A stretch of 63,998 nucleotides of DNA, filler included, from Basidiobolus ranarum (GCA_040143965.1; 8 parts of 8 records of this genome joined end to end with filler, not necessarily neighbours in it), one strand, 5' to 3'; shown: positions 35,340 to 48,612, counted from the whole stretch's first letter. Program-made: numbers and translations. The notes: generated from the sequence alone by a model not told the origin.

Positions 35340-36282
35340 ATGTAAATAAATGAATAAACTTTAGCGTTAGCATTGACGGTATATGAATTAACTTCCAAAC
35401 TTTTAATAGGGGACCTCGTTATTCCGATCGTTCGCGTTCTCCATATTCTTCTAGATCTCGATCTTACTCACGTTCTTCGCGCTCCTCACGCTCTCACTCG
35501 AGATCAAGGTATGTTTAGCTAATTCTACTCTTTCCCCGAATTTTTTACTCCCGATTCGACTAACATTGTTCCGATTATAGATCACGCTCTTCTTCATATT
35601 CTCGGTCGCGCTCGTATTCACGCTCACCCTCTCGTAGTCGGACTCGTAGAAGGCGATCATACTCCCCACGCCGAAAAAGCCCAGTCAACTCTACTACTAT
35701 AAGGATTACCGGACTTACGCGCAATGTTGGGAAAGCTCACATCGAGGAAATCTTTGAATTTTACGGTAGAGTTAAGGAAGTAGAGTTACCTATTAATCGG
35801 AAACTCTCGACCAATAAAGGTGTGGCTTTTGTTACATTTGAAAAAGTCATCGATGCTGAAAGAGCTATCGAGTGTATGCACGAGGGTCAACTAGATGGAA
35901 GTATCTTAGATTGTACATTTACACGCACTAAACCAACGGGGCCACCCAGACGAGGTATTTGCAACTTTTATATGATAAGTTACTTGTAGCTGAGAAACCC
36001 TTTTTAAACTATACATCAACTTTAGGAGATCGCTTTAGACCCGGTGGATTTAAAAGAGGTCGCTCCAGGTCGCCAGTTTCTCGTCGTAGATCCTATTCTC
36101 CAGATAATCGTAGAAGGAGCCGTTCTTACTCCTATAGCTCTTATAGTTCTCGTAGTAGATCTCGGTCACCATACTCCGATAGCTCAAGTCGTAGTTACAG
36201 TCGTAGCTATAGTCGTAGTCGTAGTCGTAGCCGTAGCCGTAGCCATTCTCGTAATAGTGCAAGTGGCAGCAAAGGGAAATAA
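35340..36282 (+). CDS. RNPS1: RNA-binding protein with serine-rich domain 1 (RS-RRM-RS); introns 35342-35409, 35509-35580, 35955-36025
   Basis: Spliced frame gives RS repeats plus the RRM IRITGLTRNVGKAHIEEIFEFYGRVKEVELP..NKGVAFVTF..AERAIECMHEGQLDG. All junctions are GT-AG and in frame. The first exon is less certain. Confidence 0.88.
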
Positions 36283-36857
36283 AGAGGGAAACCCGAAGCT
36301 TGAAATTTCTTGAGTTGCCACTTTTTCTGAAACAGGTCTCTAGGTACCAGCTAGACATACGTAAACGATATGTCTCTATTCTTTATTTTCCTATTCTATA
36401 CAATTTGTTTCATAGAATGAGAATTACATTTAATGGTCTCTAGAGCTTGTTGTATCATCGTATATTCGTCTCTTCATTCAGATTGCTAATAAATCTTGTC
36501 AAAGTTATCGGCCTTTATTGCACGATGGCCTAAAATTAACAACTAGTCAAAATCATACTTATTTAGACTAGTATCCACTTTTTGATCAAATGAATGTGGG
36601 CTAGCCGCACTAGTTGTAAAAGCTGTCACTTCAACTATTGATGCTTTTAAACCCCCAAATTCCTGATTTGTCATAAGAAGCCCCATTTTTGATTTTGCTC
36701 TTTAAGATGACCAATAAGAAATCGGTTTAATTTTGTGAGGCGGGGTACGAAGATTGACGATAGGATGAGTAGGAAAAGTGTACACTTTAAGATCTTTTGG
36801 ATATATTCATCGTCTTCCTATTGTTGCCTTTACTTTCATTCTGCTACCGTTAAAAAC

Positions 36858-37073
36858 ATGACTTTCCTTACTCAAGCTGCTCGTAGAACTGCTGCTGTAT
36901 CTCCCAGAAGATTTTATGCTTCCTCTGCTCCCCAACAGCAACGTAGCAAGCTTCGTGAGAACCTGAAGAAATTAGGAGAGACTAAAGTCGGTGACTTTGT
37001 TACTGATAGCACTCGCCCCTTTTTGATCGTTGCTGGTGTCGCTGTTGTTGCCAAATTCATTATCGGTTCTTAG
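36858..37073 (+). CDS. 71-aa putative mitochondrial single-pass microprotein
   Basis: AAAAACATG context, Arg/Ala/Ser-rich presequence ending RRFYAS, C-terminal hydrophobic helix FLIVAGVAVVAKFIIG. Codon usage (GCT/CGT/ACT) looks like a highly expressed gene. Confidence 0.7.
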   Translation: MTFLTQAARRTAAVSPRRFYASSAPQQQRSKLRENLKKLGETKVGDFVTDSTRPFLIVAGVAVVAKFIIGS

Positions 37074-38416
37074 ATTAACTGTGCTTATACCTGTTGCTCT
37101 GTCAACCTTGCCTGACTGCGTCCACTCCATGACGATATATTTGCTCGTTTTAACAGTTTTATTTTACTTTATTCCTTGTGAAAGAACCAGGCTTAACTTG
37201 TTCCCTTTATTTGACCAAATTGTTTTCACTCATTCATATGACTTTTTGACCTTTCTTAGGATATCGCAGACATACTGGTACACCGGTAAAATGGTTAATA
37301 AAATCAAAAATATGTATGATTATGCTTTTTTCGAGACTTTGGTGTGGCCTGATGTCAAGAATTACTGGTCAAGTCAGTGAATTTTTATTATAGGTGCCAA
37401 TTTGTTTTTACATGCAGAAATCTTAATTTTGTTATCATGAGACTTATGTGCAAATCACTTCCTTGAACTAAACCTAGATTGAAGGTAGATAAGTTGCATT
37501 TGTTCAATATAATTAGATTAGGTTCCATCAGAATTTAGAGGTGAACCTTTGTCTGGCAACAGTGTCATCATAGTATAGTTACCCTAGCCAAGGACACTAC
37601 TAGCCCTACAAAAGATACCACACTTAAAGGTTGAAATGACTAGAATACAAATATTCCATCAGTAACCATATTGGAGAGAGTAGCACACTCGGGTTTAATA
37701 ATCTTATTTTTGACCTTCTAATTTCCAAATTCACATGTTTGTTGGTGTTACGTTACAGTAATAGAGCTTAGAAACAAATACCAAGTATCTCAAATGGCTA
37801 TGGCTATGCTATTAATGAATGTAACAGCAGGCTCAACTCGCAATGCAACTGAGGGGCTATTGCGGTGCTTCTGTTGTTTGCCAAGAACTATTCTACACAG
37901 TATCCAAATGAGAAATAAAGAAAATGATGCAGTAGGAACAATCCTAGTCACATGGATCAGCAGTTTATATTTTTGTTGCCTAACTTGTTTAGTCAGAATC
38001 GTTGAAACATTGTTGCTACAGAGGGGTGGTAATTTTATCGCCTGAAACAAGATTCCTAAATTGTAGGAAATCTGATTCTGAAGTAAATATATATAAATTT
38101 GTACACTCCAAATTTCAATATTTGTTTTAAATCCAATCTGGTCAAAACCAATAGTTAATGAATTTGGTTTGCTATTGACTTCCTCATATACCTCGGTTCT
38201 GGCAGAAAATTTCCTTATCCTTTTCTTTTCACCGTGGTATTTCAGAATCATTCTACAGCGCTCTCATAGACTATTGTATATTTTTCAGGAACTTAGAAGA
38301 TACGTGGAAAGCACACTTTTGTAAAGCTTTGATTATCTCATTTACTCTGTATAATCAATACAAAAGAAAATCCAAACCAAAGCAGAGAAGAAAGGTTATG
38401 GGTAGTTAGGTGAATT

Positions 38417-39420
38417 ATGACACACACGTCCACCACAGTTCCTTTACCTGTTTCCATTAGTTACGGTGATAAGATTCCAATCTCTACTGTGGTTAAAGAT
38501 TTTTTATACCTGGGAAATCAACAAAATGCCAAAAGTCGTAAAGAGTGCTACGATCACCGTATCACTCACATTATAAATCTATCAAAAACCCAAAATTACT
38601 TTGAAAAGGATATCACTTACATCTACGATAAAGGTAGACCAAAGATTGTTAAACGCGCTGCTCTAGAAAATGGTCTCATGGTAGAACATCCGCCTGATCG
38701 TCGTATCTTATTCTGCTTTCAACCTGTATATCTTAAAGTACCGGTTTTGGATAGTGTCGATGCCAATTTACTTCCACATTTTACTGCCTGTTTTGACTTC
38801 ATCCAGAACGCTCGGTCGCAGCTCGGGAAGAATGCACGAATTCTTGTTCATTGTCAAGGTATGTTATGTACAATGCTTCTTTTTTGGTAGCTAATTAATA
38901 TTATTCTTTTATTGCAGCGGGGATTTCACGCTCAGCCACTGTAGTCATCGCATATCTCATGAAATACCAAGACATTTCGTTGGATGAAGCATACATATTA
39001 GTTCATCTGGCCAGACCGATTGTAAGTAGCTACATGGTACGTATCAATGTTCTTGTTTGCTAATAGTCTCTTTAGATATGTCCAAATGATAGTTTTTGTC
39101 AACAGCTGGCATTATTCCACGATACTCTGGTACAGCTTCGACGGATTCAAAAGATGCCAGAGCACGAAGCATCCACGATTTTCCAGTTGGCATTTGGCCA
39201 TGCGTTTGGTGGTCAGTTGGTACGAACACGAAAGCAAGTAGCTCAATTCAAATCTACAAGATCCCGAGCTACTCGAGCTTTTTCGAAAATAGAAGAACTG
39301 AATGAACTCTCAGGTTCCAAGTCAACACTATCCATTCCACCCCCGGTTGCCACCCCCATTCAAACTAGATCATCAAGCAGAATTGCTAACAGAAATGCCC
39401 AAAGTAAATCCTGTTGTTAG
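38417..39420 (+). CDS. Dual-specificity protein phosphatase; introns 38859-38917, 39022-39075
   Basis: Splicing gives the active site VHCQAGISRSATVVIAYLM. Also LYLGN, ITHIINL, VLDSVDANL and RPIICPNDSFCQQL. Ends in SKSCC. Confidence 0.9.
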
Positions 39421-39834
39421 CCCTTCAATAGAGCTGTCTAATTTAAGCCATACCACACGCTATCAAACCTCTAAGAGAAAAATATCCCATCTCCTGTATA
39501 TACATATACACTCACTCATTTCTCGCATCTAAAATTTGATCTAATATAGTTTCTTGGTTATAGATTCGCGAAAATACTGGCGCCTCCGAATAAATATCAA
39601 CATTCATTGGCTGAGCCTTATCCGCTTCAAATGCGTTATATTTTATCTATTTCAACAACGTAGGAGGTCGTGGCTTTTGTTCGCTGGTTAACAATATCAC
39701 ATGATATGGTGTAGATAATCTTAGCAATGGAAGGAAGATGTAGAGAAAGCGAAGGAGATAGTCAGTGCGAAAAATAAAATAATTGTGTGGAGGGGGGCGT
39801 AGATATGGATATTGTACATTAGTAACTGAACAAG

Positions 39835-40521
39835 CTATAGGCCATTCTGGGCCTTAAACTGGTCCCAATTTTCATTCAAAATACTGAAAATACCACTAGC
39901 CAAGAGCTTGTGTTCTACACTTTCTTTAGTCGAAAGCTAAAATTCATAAGAGTGTGTGAGAATTGATGATGTTGAAGATATGTATGGAAAACGCTAACCT
40001 TATCTGGATGGAGCTTAGCAATAGCCCTTATATATTTCGATTTAACTTGGCTAGGTAGAATCAAATCTTGTAATCCACAAGCCTTCCAATTCAACTCCGG
40101 CCATAGAATGGTATCTAATGAAGCAATCATGGCACGTAAATTGCCGACTTTGTTGAACTTCCATTGATTTAAACGCTCTTCAACCATATCGATGATACGT
40201 AGCTTTTCTTCTTCTTCTTGCACAGCAAATCTATCTTGGGCTCTTAGCCGAGATACTCCCTCGCTCTTATCGATGTCTTCTCTGGATATTTTTGAAGCGT
40301 GAGCTGACGGTGAGGGAACAGTAGCAAAACCAAATTCATCCAAATGTGCACCAAAAGTGGATGAGGAGTATGTTTCAGCGGTAGTTGCATTTGGTTGTTC
40401 AAACGAAAATAGATCAGCACCTGTGGCAGCCCCGTGTGTTTTAGTGGAGTTAGCGTTCTTCGAGGTTGTCTCCCCGTTGATTATTTTGATTGCTTTTTGG
40501 CAACGACGAACTCCCTCAAGG
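39835..40521 (-). CDS. SWA2: Auxilin-like clathrin-uncoating J-domain protein, C-terminal part; intron 39937-39998
   Basis: WKFNKVGNLRAMIASLDTILWPELNWK..LQDLILPSQVKSKYIRAIAKLHPDK|LSTKESVEHKLLASGIFSILNENWDQFK. Confidence 0.88.
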
Positions 40522-40621
40522 NNNNNNNNNNNNNNNNNNNNNNNNNNNNNNNNNNNNNNNNNNNNTTAATTAATTAANNNNNNNNNNNNNNNNNNNNNNN
40601 NNNNNNNNNNNNNNNNNNNNN
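40522..40621. other. Artificial contig spacer
   Basis: Same linker. Confidence 0.98.
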
Positions 40622-41808
40622 TTAGATCAGTTAGAACATAACTCCGCGGAATATCTTCATATTCTGATCGAGGCTTTAAGAATCGCTTTCATTGACACGC
40701 GCTGGTTTGTTACTGATCCTGATGTAGTCAGTGTTCCAAGTGAACAATTGCTAAGTAAAGTATGTAGCAAACATCTACGACAGTTATTTGTGAACCTCAT
40801 TAACAACCTGTCAGAAATATTTAGAAGAGCGTTCCAAGCTTTTCGATCCTTCGAAAGCTGCTGTAGACCTGAAGCATGGCTCCCCCGAGCATTGTAGTGA
40901 CACAGTATATCTTTCTGTAGTCGATGAAGAGGGAAATGCCTGTAGTTTCATTGTAAGAGGGCGTGTAGTGGACTTTCATCGCACCAATACTAATTACACC
41001 TTCACCTGTAGATCTCCACCTATGAGGGCTTTGGCGTAAGTTTACCAATTGGTGTATTAACTTGATCTTTCACTGACTATTAATTGATGCTTGGAACTCT
41101 TCTTGGCGTTCGAACAGTCGGTAAGTAGACAATCAGATCAACTAGCATAGGTATGCCAGCGTAATTATTAATCATTTGTGATCTTTTAGGGTGTCATTCC
41201 TAAGGGCAGCGGCTTTACATTACAGAATCGAGGTAGTAACTTTAACTTAGAAGCTGATCATCCTAATCGATATGCTCCTTCAAAGCGTCCTTATCACACT
41301 ATTATTCCTGCTATGGCAACGGTGGGTGAGGATTTGTATCTCTGCTACGGAGGTTAGTCTATTTCTTAACTCTGTCTAATATACCCATGATATTGATGCA
41401 CCACTATCTATCTCAGTCATGGGCGGGTTTATGCAGGTAAGTGGTTAGCCGAAAATCTCTTTCTTTTAAGCCATAGACTCACGCTAGAACGCATTGTAGC
41501 CACAAGGACATGTGCAAGTACTTCTGAATCTTCTGCATTATGATCATAATCCTCAGCATGCTCTAGACGTTCCACGCATTTGCGTTGGTCCAGACAATGG
41601 AGTGGTTTATGTAGAGGATGGTATTTCTGCCGAGGTAGTTGACAAGCTTCGCCAATTAGGCCACAATGTTAAACTACTAGATGGACATCGCCGAGCAATG
41701 TTTGGTCGTGGACAAATCATCGAAACCTATCGTGATTCCCGCTCAGGTCGTAGAATGCTTGTTGCCGGCTCTGATCCTAGAGGCGACGGATATGCAGCAG
41801 GATGGTAG
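40622..41808 (+). CDS. Gamma-glutamyltranspeptidase family protein, 3' part, multi-exon
   Basis: [29 protein letters not shown] (catalytic Thr), [45 protein letters not shown] and GSDPRGDG. Confidence 0.93.
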
Positions 41809-42709
41809 TTGTACGATCCTGATCCTGTTGAGTCACAGCCTACGTTCACTGAAATCGATATCTCGAGCAGCTTTTCATATTCATAAAATCCAAAATTCCA
41901 TATAATTTTTCAGTTGTTGGGAAGGCAAAGTCTTTCGTCAACCAAAAAATAGCACATTTCCAATGGTAATTGAATAAAAAAGATAGATTATCTTTAGCTA
42001 AAGTTCCCCAATGTGTGTGTATCACATTCATAAATTCGAGGTGCACTATTATTACCAGAAAATCCCACGTGAATACATTTTATTACCTACAATGCGATTT
42101 GGAAGGAATGCAGACCGGAATACTTGTTTGTGGAGAGTATGGTAACAGCCGGCTCACCCACATGAAAATTGGTGTTAAATGAACAATTTGGGGATTATTT
42201 GAAATGGAGAGAACTCAACCTTGAACATAGCTTCTTGTTGAAGCCTGATCATCTCCCCCAATACCTGCATCTCCAATTCCTACCATAAGTTATATATGTA
42301 GTATATACAATTTACTACATACTGAAGATTCGCCATAGTACCCCTAGATTTACCGAGAAAGAGTGGTATACAGTCTTGTATCACCGTCCTCAGGAATATT
42401 CTAGCCTCGTTCCGTATCATCTCCCCCAAGAGCATAGGCATTTTATTTCAAACAATCATTTTGGATGTTGCTTTTTGGTATATAGCTTCCTAAATTATAG
42501 AGAACCTTCACTAGCTAGGTCTCACAAGTGGAATCATATTATGTTTGAGAGTATGTGCAGATTTTCTATGATGATTAAAAGCATGCCCTGTTGACTGTAT
42601 TTACTTTATTGGGAAATGATTTTAATGACTCCCCTGCCATTATATACTTTCTGTCAATCAAATATGCTCTAGTAGTTATGAAGTTGCAATTATCTGTGTG
42701 AAATAGAAA

Positions 42710-42988
42710 AATATATCTTATATAATTCACTAAGATATTATCCATTATTCTCAATTGGAATTTACTTAGGAGTTCTCAGATATATAGATTTTCAAAACTT
42801 GTGTTAGAAGCCCCAAACTTTGCACACAAGTTCCTGGGACCTTTCTTAACACATTCTACACATTAGTTTGTCTACCTCTTGACAAAATGATAAATGTCAA
42901 CTTTCTACTCAATAAATCAACAAGTGAAAACCACCAATTTCTCTATTTTCTCCAAGCCACTTCCAACAGGCTCCCAAATACTTTAACA
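42710..42988 (+). mobile_element. 5'-truncated LTR, copia family B
   Basis: Aligns to 4837-5184 and ends ccacttccaacaggctcccaaatactttaaCA. Confidence 0.85.
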
Positions 42989-43253
42989 CTCTGCACTTCT
43001 GACATGGGTACAATTCCTCATTACTATTCAACAAGTCAAATCACATATTTCTTCTAATTCTCCTGTAGACTTTCAGTCAGTCCCAAATACTTACCACACA
43101 TAGTGTGGTAGGATATACCCTTACATACATTTGTGGTTGGTATTCTTATGTACCTAGATACTTTATGTACTATGCACTCTTAAAAGTAATAATTGATTTT
43201 ATCTTTATCATGATGATCAGGGACAGTTGTAAGCAAGGAAACACTTCATTAAT

Positions 43254-43538
43254 TGTTAAATTATTTTGGGAGCCTGTCGGAAGTGGTTTGGAGAAATAGA
43301 GAAATTGGTGGTATTCACTTGTTGATTTATTGAGTAGAAAGTTGACATATAGAGCTTTGTCAAGAGGTAAACACACAAACGTATAAAATGAGTTAAGCAA
43401 GGTTCCAGGAGCATGTGTGCAAAGTTTGGAGCTTCTAGACCAAGTACAAAGAATATATATACCTTGCTTAAATGTGAAATAGCCTAAACACCTATATTGT
43501 CATATATAGCTTGGTATTTAGTTGTGCTAATTTCAACA
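43254..43538 (-). mobile_element. Rearranged LTR, copia family B, inverted relative to 42710-42988
   Basis: TGTTAAA..ttgggagcctgtcggaagtgg ... gctaatttcaaca, with a short internal segment (~43480-43523) in the opposite orientation. Confidence 0.8.
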
Positions 43539-46500
43539 GTATACATATTGTGTTTATTCCCATTAAGCTATAGGACCGCTGAGTTGCGGGACTGATTTGA
43601 AATGTCACTTGGTTTATAAGCCTACAAATACCTCAACATCAACACGTAGTGCAAGTATTTTTGATGAATTAGAAATGCTGAGGATAACTACAAGAGATAT
43701 TGGATTGGTACCCTTGATGTTGATTAATTGGCACAGTACTAGTACATTTGTAAAAAATCAAAGGACTGCAATAATGTACTGCTGGGATATTAAGAAAAAT
43801 GGTGGAAAAGTGAGGGAAGCTTTGGACTAGTTGAAAAGTTGGGACTTTTCTCAACATTGCTGAGACATATCCAAAATAGATATTCTGTTTTAAGCTACTT
43901 CAATATTCCATATATGAGCATCTAATGAATTCAACTATTTAGGTGCTTAACTCTAATATTTCAACAAAATATATAATAAGCACCACATGCACTTTGTTGT
44001 CACAATAGTAGTAGAAGCAAAGTTTTACACCGCCTTGCCCTTGTTTGATATATAAAAGCATTCTTCTGTATATTGAGTGCAATTTTGCCATCTAAGTCTA
44101 GATATTACATTTAGAGGCTTAGTAGCGCAACTGCAACACAAACTATGCTAGAGGTATATATATAACATGTCACATGTCCATAATGAAATTGAAATCAGGA
44201 GTATATCTCGCAAACGTTACGAAAAGACAAAATACCCGACCGGTACGTCACAACAATATAGCCCGAAGGTACACAGAGGAAATGAAGAGATTTGTGAAAT
44301 AGGTTTACTAGAAATTCTTAGTTCAATACCTGGAGACTGGCTTCCCTCAAGTTCAAGTAACAACCGAGAAACATCACTTTCCCTCAATGTTCTTGATTAT
44401 TTCATTTCTTCCCTAATCCAGTAAGAACAAGTAGTATCCACATCTACTCCCGAGGAGTACGAATGTTTATCAGAAATTTGCCTAACATCAAGCAAACTTG
44501 CTATATCCTGGTCGTAGAGGCTAGACACTTGGTAGACTAATACATGGGGATCTATATTTCACTTTATATATTATCTACTTCTGTGTATATATTTAGTAAG
44601 ACTCTTGGTGTATTTGGACATCTGGTACATCCTTGGGGAATGACTTTAACTGGATGTGGCGGCTAGTCGCCAGAATGAATAGCTTATCATTCCAATATAA
44701 ATCCTAAAACTTAACTCTTGGCTTGGAGCAATAGAGAAGCCAAAAGTGATTGAATATGGAACCGTATGATTCGGCGGTTTAAAGCATTTTTCTATTTAGA
44801 GTTGGTGTGAGTTGAATTAAGCTCTTTTATATTTGAAACTTCCCATCCAAATAAGCAGATAACCTCGGTATTTTGGTGATATCAATCACTTATCTGGTAA
44901 AATAACCTAAACCTTTCATGCGAAGACGGTAACCAAAAAAGAAGTACCAGGAATCTCCATGTTGGTCGCAGGCATATGTATCGGGTGGTGTGTATAGAAC
45001 ATATATTTGTGAGAGAATGTGGGGATGTAATTTAATGAGGGAAATGAGTTCTGAGGAAATGCTGATACTTCGGGTTTAAGGTGCGGCGACAGAATTGTAA
45101 CGTTTACTGAGTTTCAAACCTGTGCTCTCCTAATACTTCTAAGTAGAAATAGATGCAAATATCCTTAACTGGACGGTTCCTCGCTCATTTGTTCATTATC
45201 CAGGAGATCCTTCGAACGGTTTTGACTTTCAAAAAGTTCTGATTAAAGTCACACTATAAGATGTCTCTCAGTAATATTGATCCCCTTATGTTACTTAATA
45301 TTAGCAAGATTCAGTTTTCATCCAGTCCACCATCAACCAGATCTCGTAAATACCAGAGATATCGCGTCTGGTTCCCTACCCTGAAAGTTGAGTGGCTAGA
45401 ACTTCAGAAAGTCTCTGAACTTGATCAATCTATTCGGCATGGATGTGTGGTCCAATGGTAGGAGTAAACTTCAGGTGATTATTGAAACAATCAGGCTGCA
45501 ATATTCAGATTAATGTCGAGGACACTAATTCTTGTTTCTATAACGATGCTCATACTGGATATGTGAGTAACCAATCCACAAGGGCCTATTCGAGAATTCT
45601 ACCATCCATGTCTTGATGAAAAGGGTGAGCTAAGCAGGGTATGGTTTGTAAGCATCGTTTTAGTGGGATCCCAATTCCTTAGAATTGTGCGGTTATCCAA
45701 CCAACTTTGGGAATATCACGATTGGTCATCCTGATCCATGTCGCTGGCAAGTACGTAAATAAGCCAACGGAGCATGCGTAGTTCCCGATGACCGTGGGAT
45801 GATCATCATTAGTTCGCTGATGTGTATGTTGGCTTAACCTTTCGCTGGGACTTATTTGGAAGTGGGCGAATTACTCATTGTGTCTAAGATAGATATCAAT
45901 GTTTCGCCAGCCTTTTGCAAGACAAACAAGACTCCATTTCCCTCATGTTTCAGACCTCTCGTATCCACTCTGCCACCCCTTAATCCGGCGCAGATTCCAT
46001 TCAATAAGCTATGCTCACTTTTAACCTTTATTGGGCTCATGACCCCCTCCATCATTACACTAAGGGTTTCCCAAACTTGCATGCTCTAACGCTTTAGTCT
46101 AGGTTTGATAGGGTTTGACTGCTCAGGCTGTTTCATCTTCTTACCAATCCCATGCCACCATAACTGTAGAGCAGATCTGAATCCGATTTAAATCCAGTTC
46201 CACAAGACGATCCAAGGCTCGCGCGACTCGCCTGAATGTGATAAGTTAGTAACATGATAGTTGAGGGTCAATTGAGAGCAAGTCTCAGGAGATTAATGTC
46301 AGACTGGCTAATTTAGGAATCGAATGAATGGCAGGAATTGTGAGGTATGTATCATCCTCGGGAATGGTGGTTCGAATGAAATACTGCAAATTGGCACGAA
46401 TCTCTTCTCGCAGATCACTTGGGCCATTGGAATCTCAAGCTTTTTTGGACTGGAGGATCCGACGAGGTTAGGGTTGCTTCGCTACAGTTATTTGGGGTGA

Positions 46501-47663
46501 CTGCTGCTTGAGCTGGATATACTTTAACTGTTTGCTCCTCTAAAGGCCTGGTCTAGGCAAATGGCAGGTTGCTTACCGGTATTGGAGCCATCTTTCAGGA
46601 TAGTGCCATAGTAACATGAGTGATATTTCTACTTGGCCTGATATGTTGCTTACTAGCCCCCTCAGTTATCGATGATCGTGACCCTATCTAACCAATAATG
46701 ACGTCGTCAAATGGGAAAGAAGAATATTGATTCGCAAATACTGCTGTCGTATGGTTGACTCAACTCGATCGGTAACCCTTTTCGCCCATGTTTCAGCCCT
46801 ATTTGTATGGGCATCATTGATGATGTATCAGAACAATCCTGTCTAACAGAGATTGGTCATTCGCTTGACCTCAGATTAGTTGACGTATTGGGCTTTGATA
46901 GCAACAGAGATCCATTAACCCTCGTTGTAGAGATTCAAGAAACAAATCTTACGTAAATCATCAAACATAGATATTCGTTCACACGATCAAGGGACCATTA
47001 GCCACTAATGTTAAACATGTGTGATTGCATTATCCCATCGTCACAGATCATTGTATCCCCTTGCAACACCTACGGGCGGCATCGATAGCTAGTAAATCTC
47101 CCCTAGCTAATTCATGGTCCTGATACACACCTAATATCTACTGGAGAATATCAATACTTCACAACTGCACCATGCTAGGATTGCTACTCATGGAAGGCGA
47201 GGATTATCAATACATATAAATATATTTTTCTAAATACAATTACATCGTTTACATCAAAGACGCGAGGAATTACAAAATCCAAGAACTTGATTGTTTAGAG
47301 AATAGATCTGAAGTGATGGTCCTAAATCACGAACCTAAGCGCGATTTATTCCCTTCACTCTGGATCCAATAAATGTTATCTAGTAAGAGTTCAGACAAAG
47401 TAGGGGCACTGTCTTGAATAAATACGCGAGCGAACGATGCTAATCTAAGGGGCGAGGAAATAATACGAATCCAATAGAATGAATGTTTAAGCTACTGATT
47501 TATGTTATGACAAAGGAAAAGGCTATTCGTGATTCTGAAGACAAGTGGCTTTGGAGTGCTTGAAGTGACAGGAAGCCTTGATCCCATAATATTACCGTCC
47601 CAGCGACATGAGTTTCAGAAAAACAGAACGGTTCAAGATGCCCTTAGTATGCATATTGTTCGT

Positions 47664-48608
47664 TTAAAGGGACCTGGTATACGGTGAAGGATGCATGTAA
47701 GGCGTAAAGTTGGTGAATACAGTGTTTCTTGATCCAGAATTCTTTTCTTTGGAATGTCTGTGGATCCGAATGTGCTGATTCAAATTATCTGAACGAGAGA
47801 ATCGTTTTGAGCATGTTGGGTATGGACACTGGAAAGGCTTCTCCAGAGTGTGGATGGATCTGATGTGGCGCTTTAGGTGTTCCGAGCGTTTAAATACTTT
47901 TCCGCATTCGTGATAGTCACAAATGAAAGATTTGGCCCCTGAGGCTATATCTGGCTTACTAGAGGCCTTGCGGCCCCTTGAGCGTTTAGGTGGCTCAGGG
48001 ACAGCATGTGTCAGACCTACCTCTTGCTCCATAGAATGAGAAATGTAGTTAGGTACGGTCATATGGCACTGCATGGGTGACATTGTTGGATGCTCAGCGA
48101 ATTGCACATAGTGATCAGTAAATGGTGAAGCTCCCTCTTCGCCAGAAATGATGTGACCTGGATTACAAACCCCAACTGTTCCTGGTTCAGCGCCTGTGAT
48201 GAATGGGCTGCATTCATTCAAGTTCTCAAGCACAAGGCCACTTTCCAAGTGGAAGTTTCCCTCGTGAGCATGGTGTGAATCTAGGAGCTCGTACTGAGTC
48301 TCGGGGCTGCAACTACTGTCGCTAGGAGAAGGAAGGCCTTGCAAGTGGGCAAAATAATCCGTCTGGAATGTGTCAGCAACTTGGCTGTGGAGAAAATCAT
48401 GGAAACTGAATTTTCCTGGTGTTTGTGGCGGCGGGGTAGCTAGCTGAAGAGAGTACCCCTGGCTGTTGTAGTCTGAGAAATCAACAGCTTTGTAGGATGG
48501 GACACTAACACCAGATAAAATCTCAGGGCTATACGATTAATTGGCGTACCGCTCCAAATCGACGTCAACATACAAGTGTATTTGTTCGGGGGACACAGAT
48601 GTAGCCAT
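47664..48608 (-). CDS. C2H2 zinc-finger transcription factor, Msn2/Seb1-like; one intron ~48529-48576
   Basis: Two fingers: [53 protein letters not shown]. The ATG at 48608 joins in frame via a GTATGT...TAG intron. Confidence 0.88.
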
Positions 48609-48612
48609 GATT

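Noticed and set aside
37790-38251. 153-aa minus-strand ORF and the overlapping 83-aa plus-strand ORF
   Set aside because: No recognisable motifs; AT-rich chance ORFs or unidentifiable decay.
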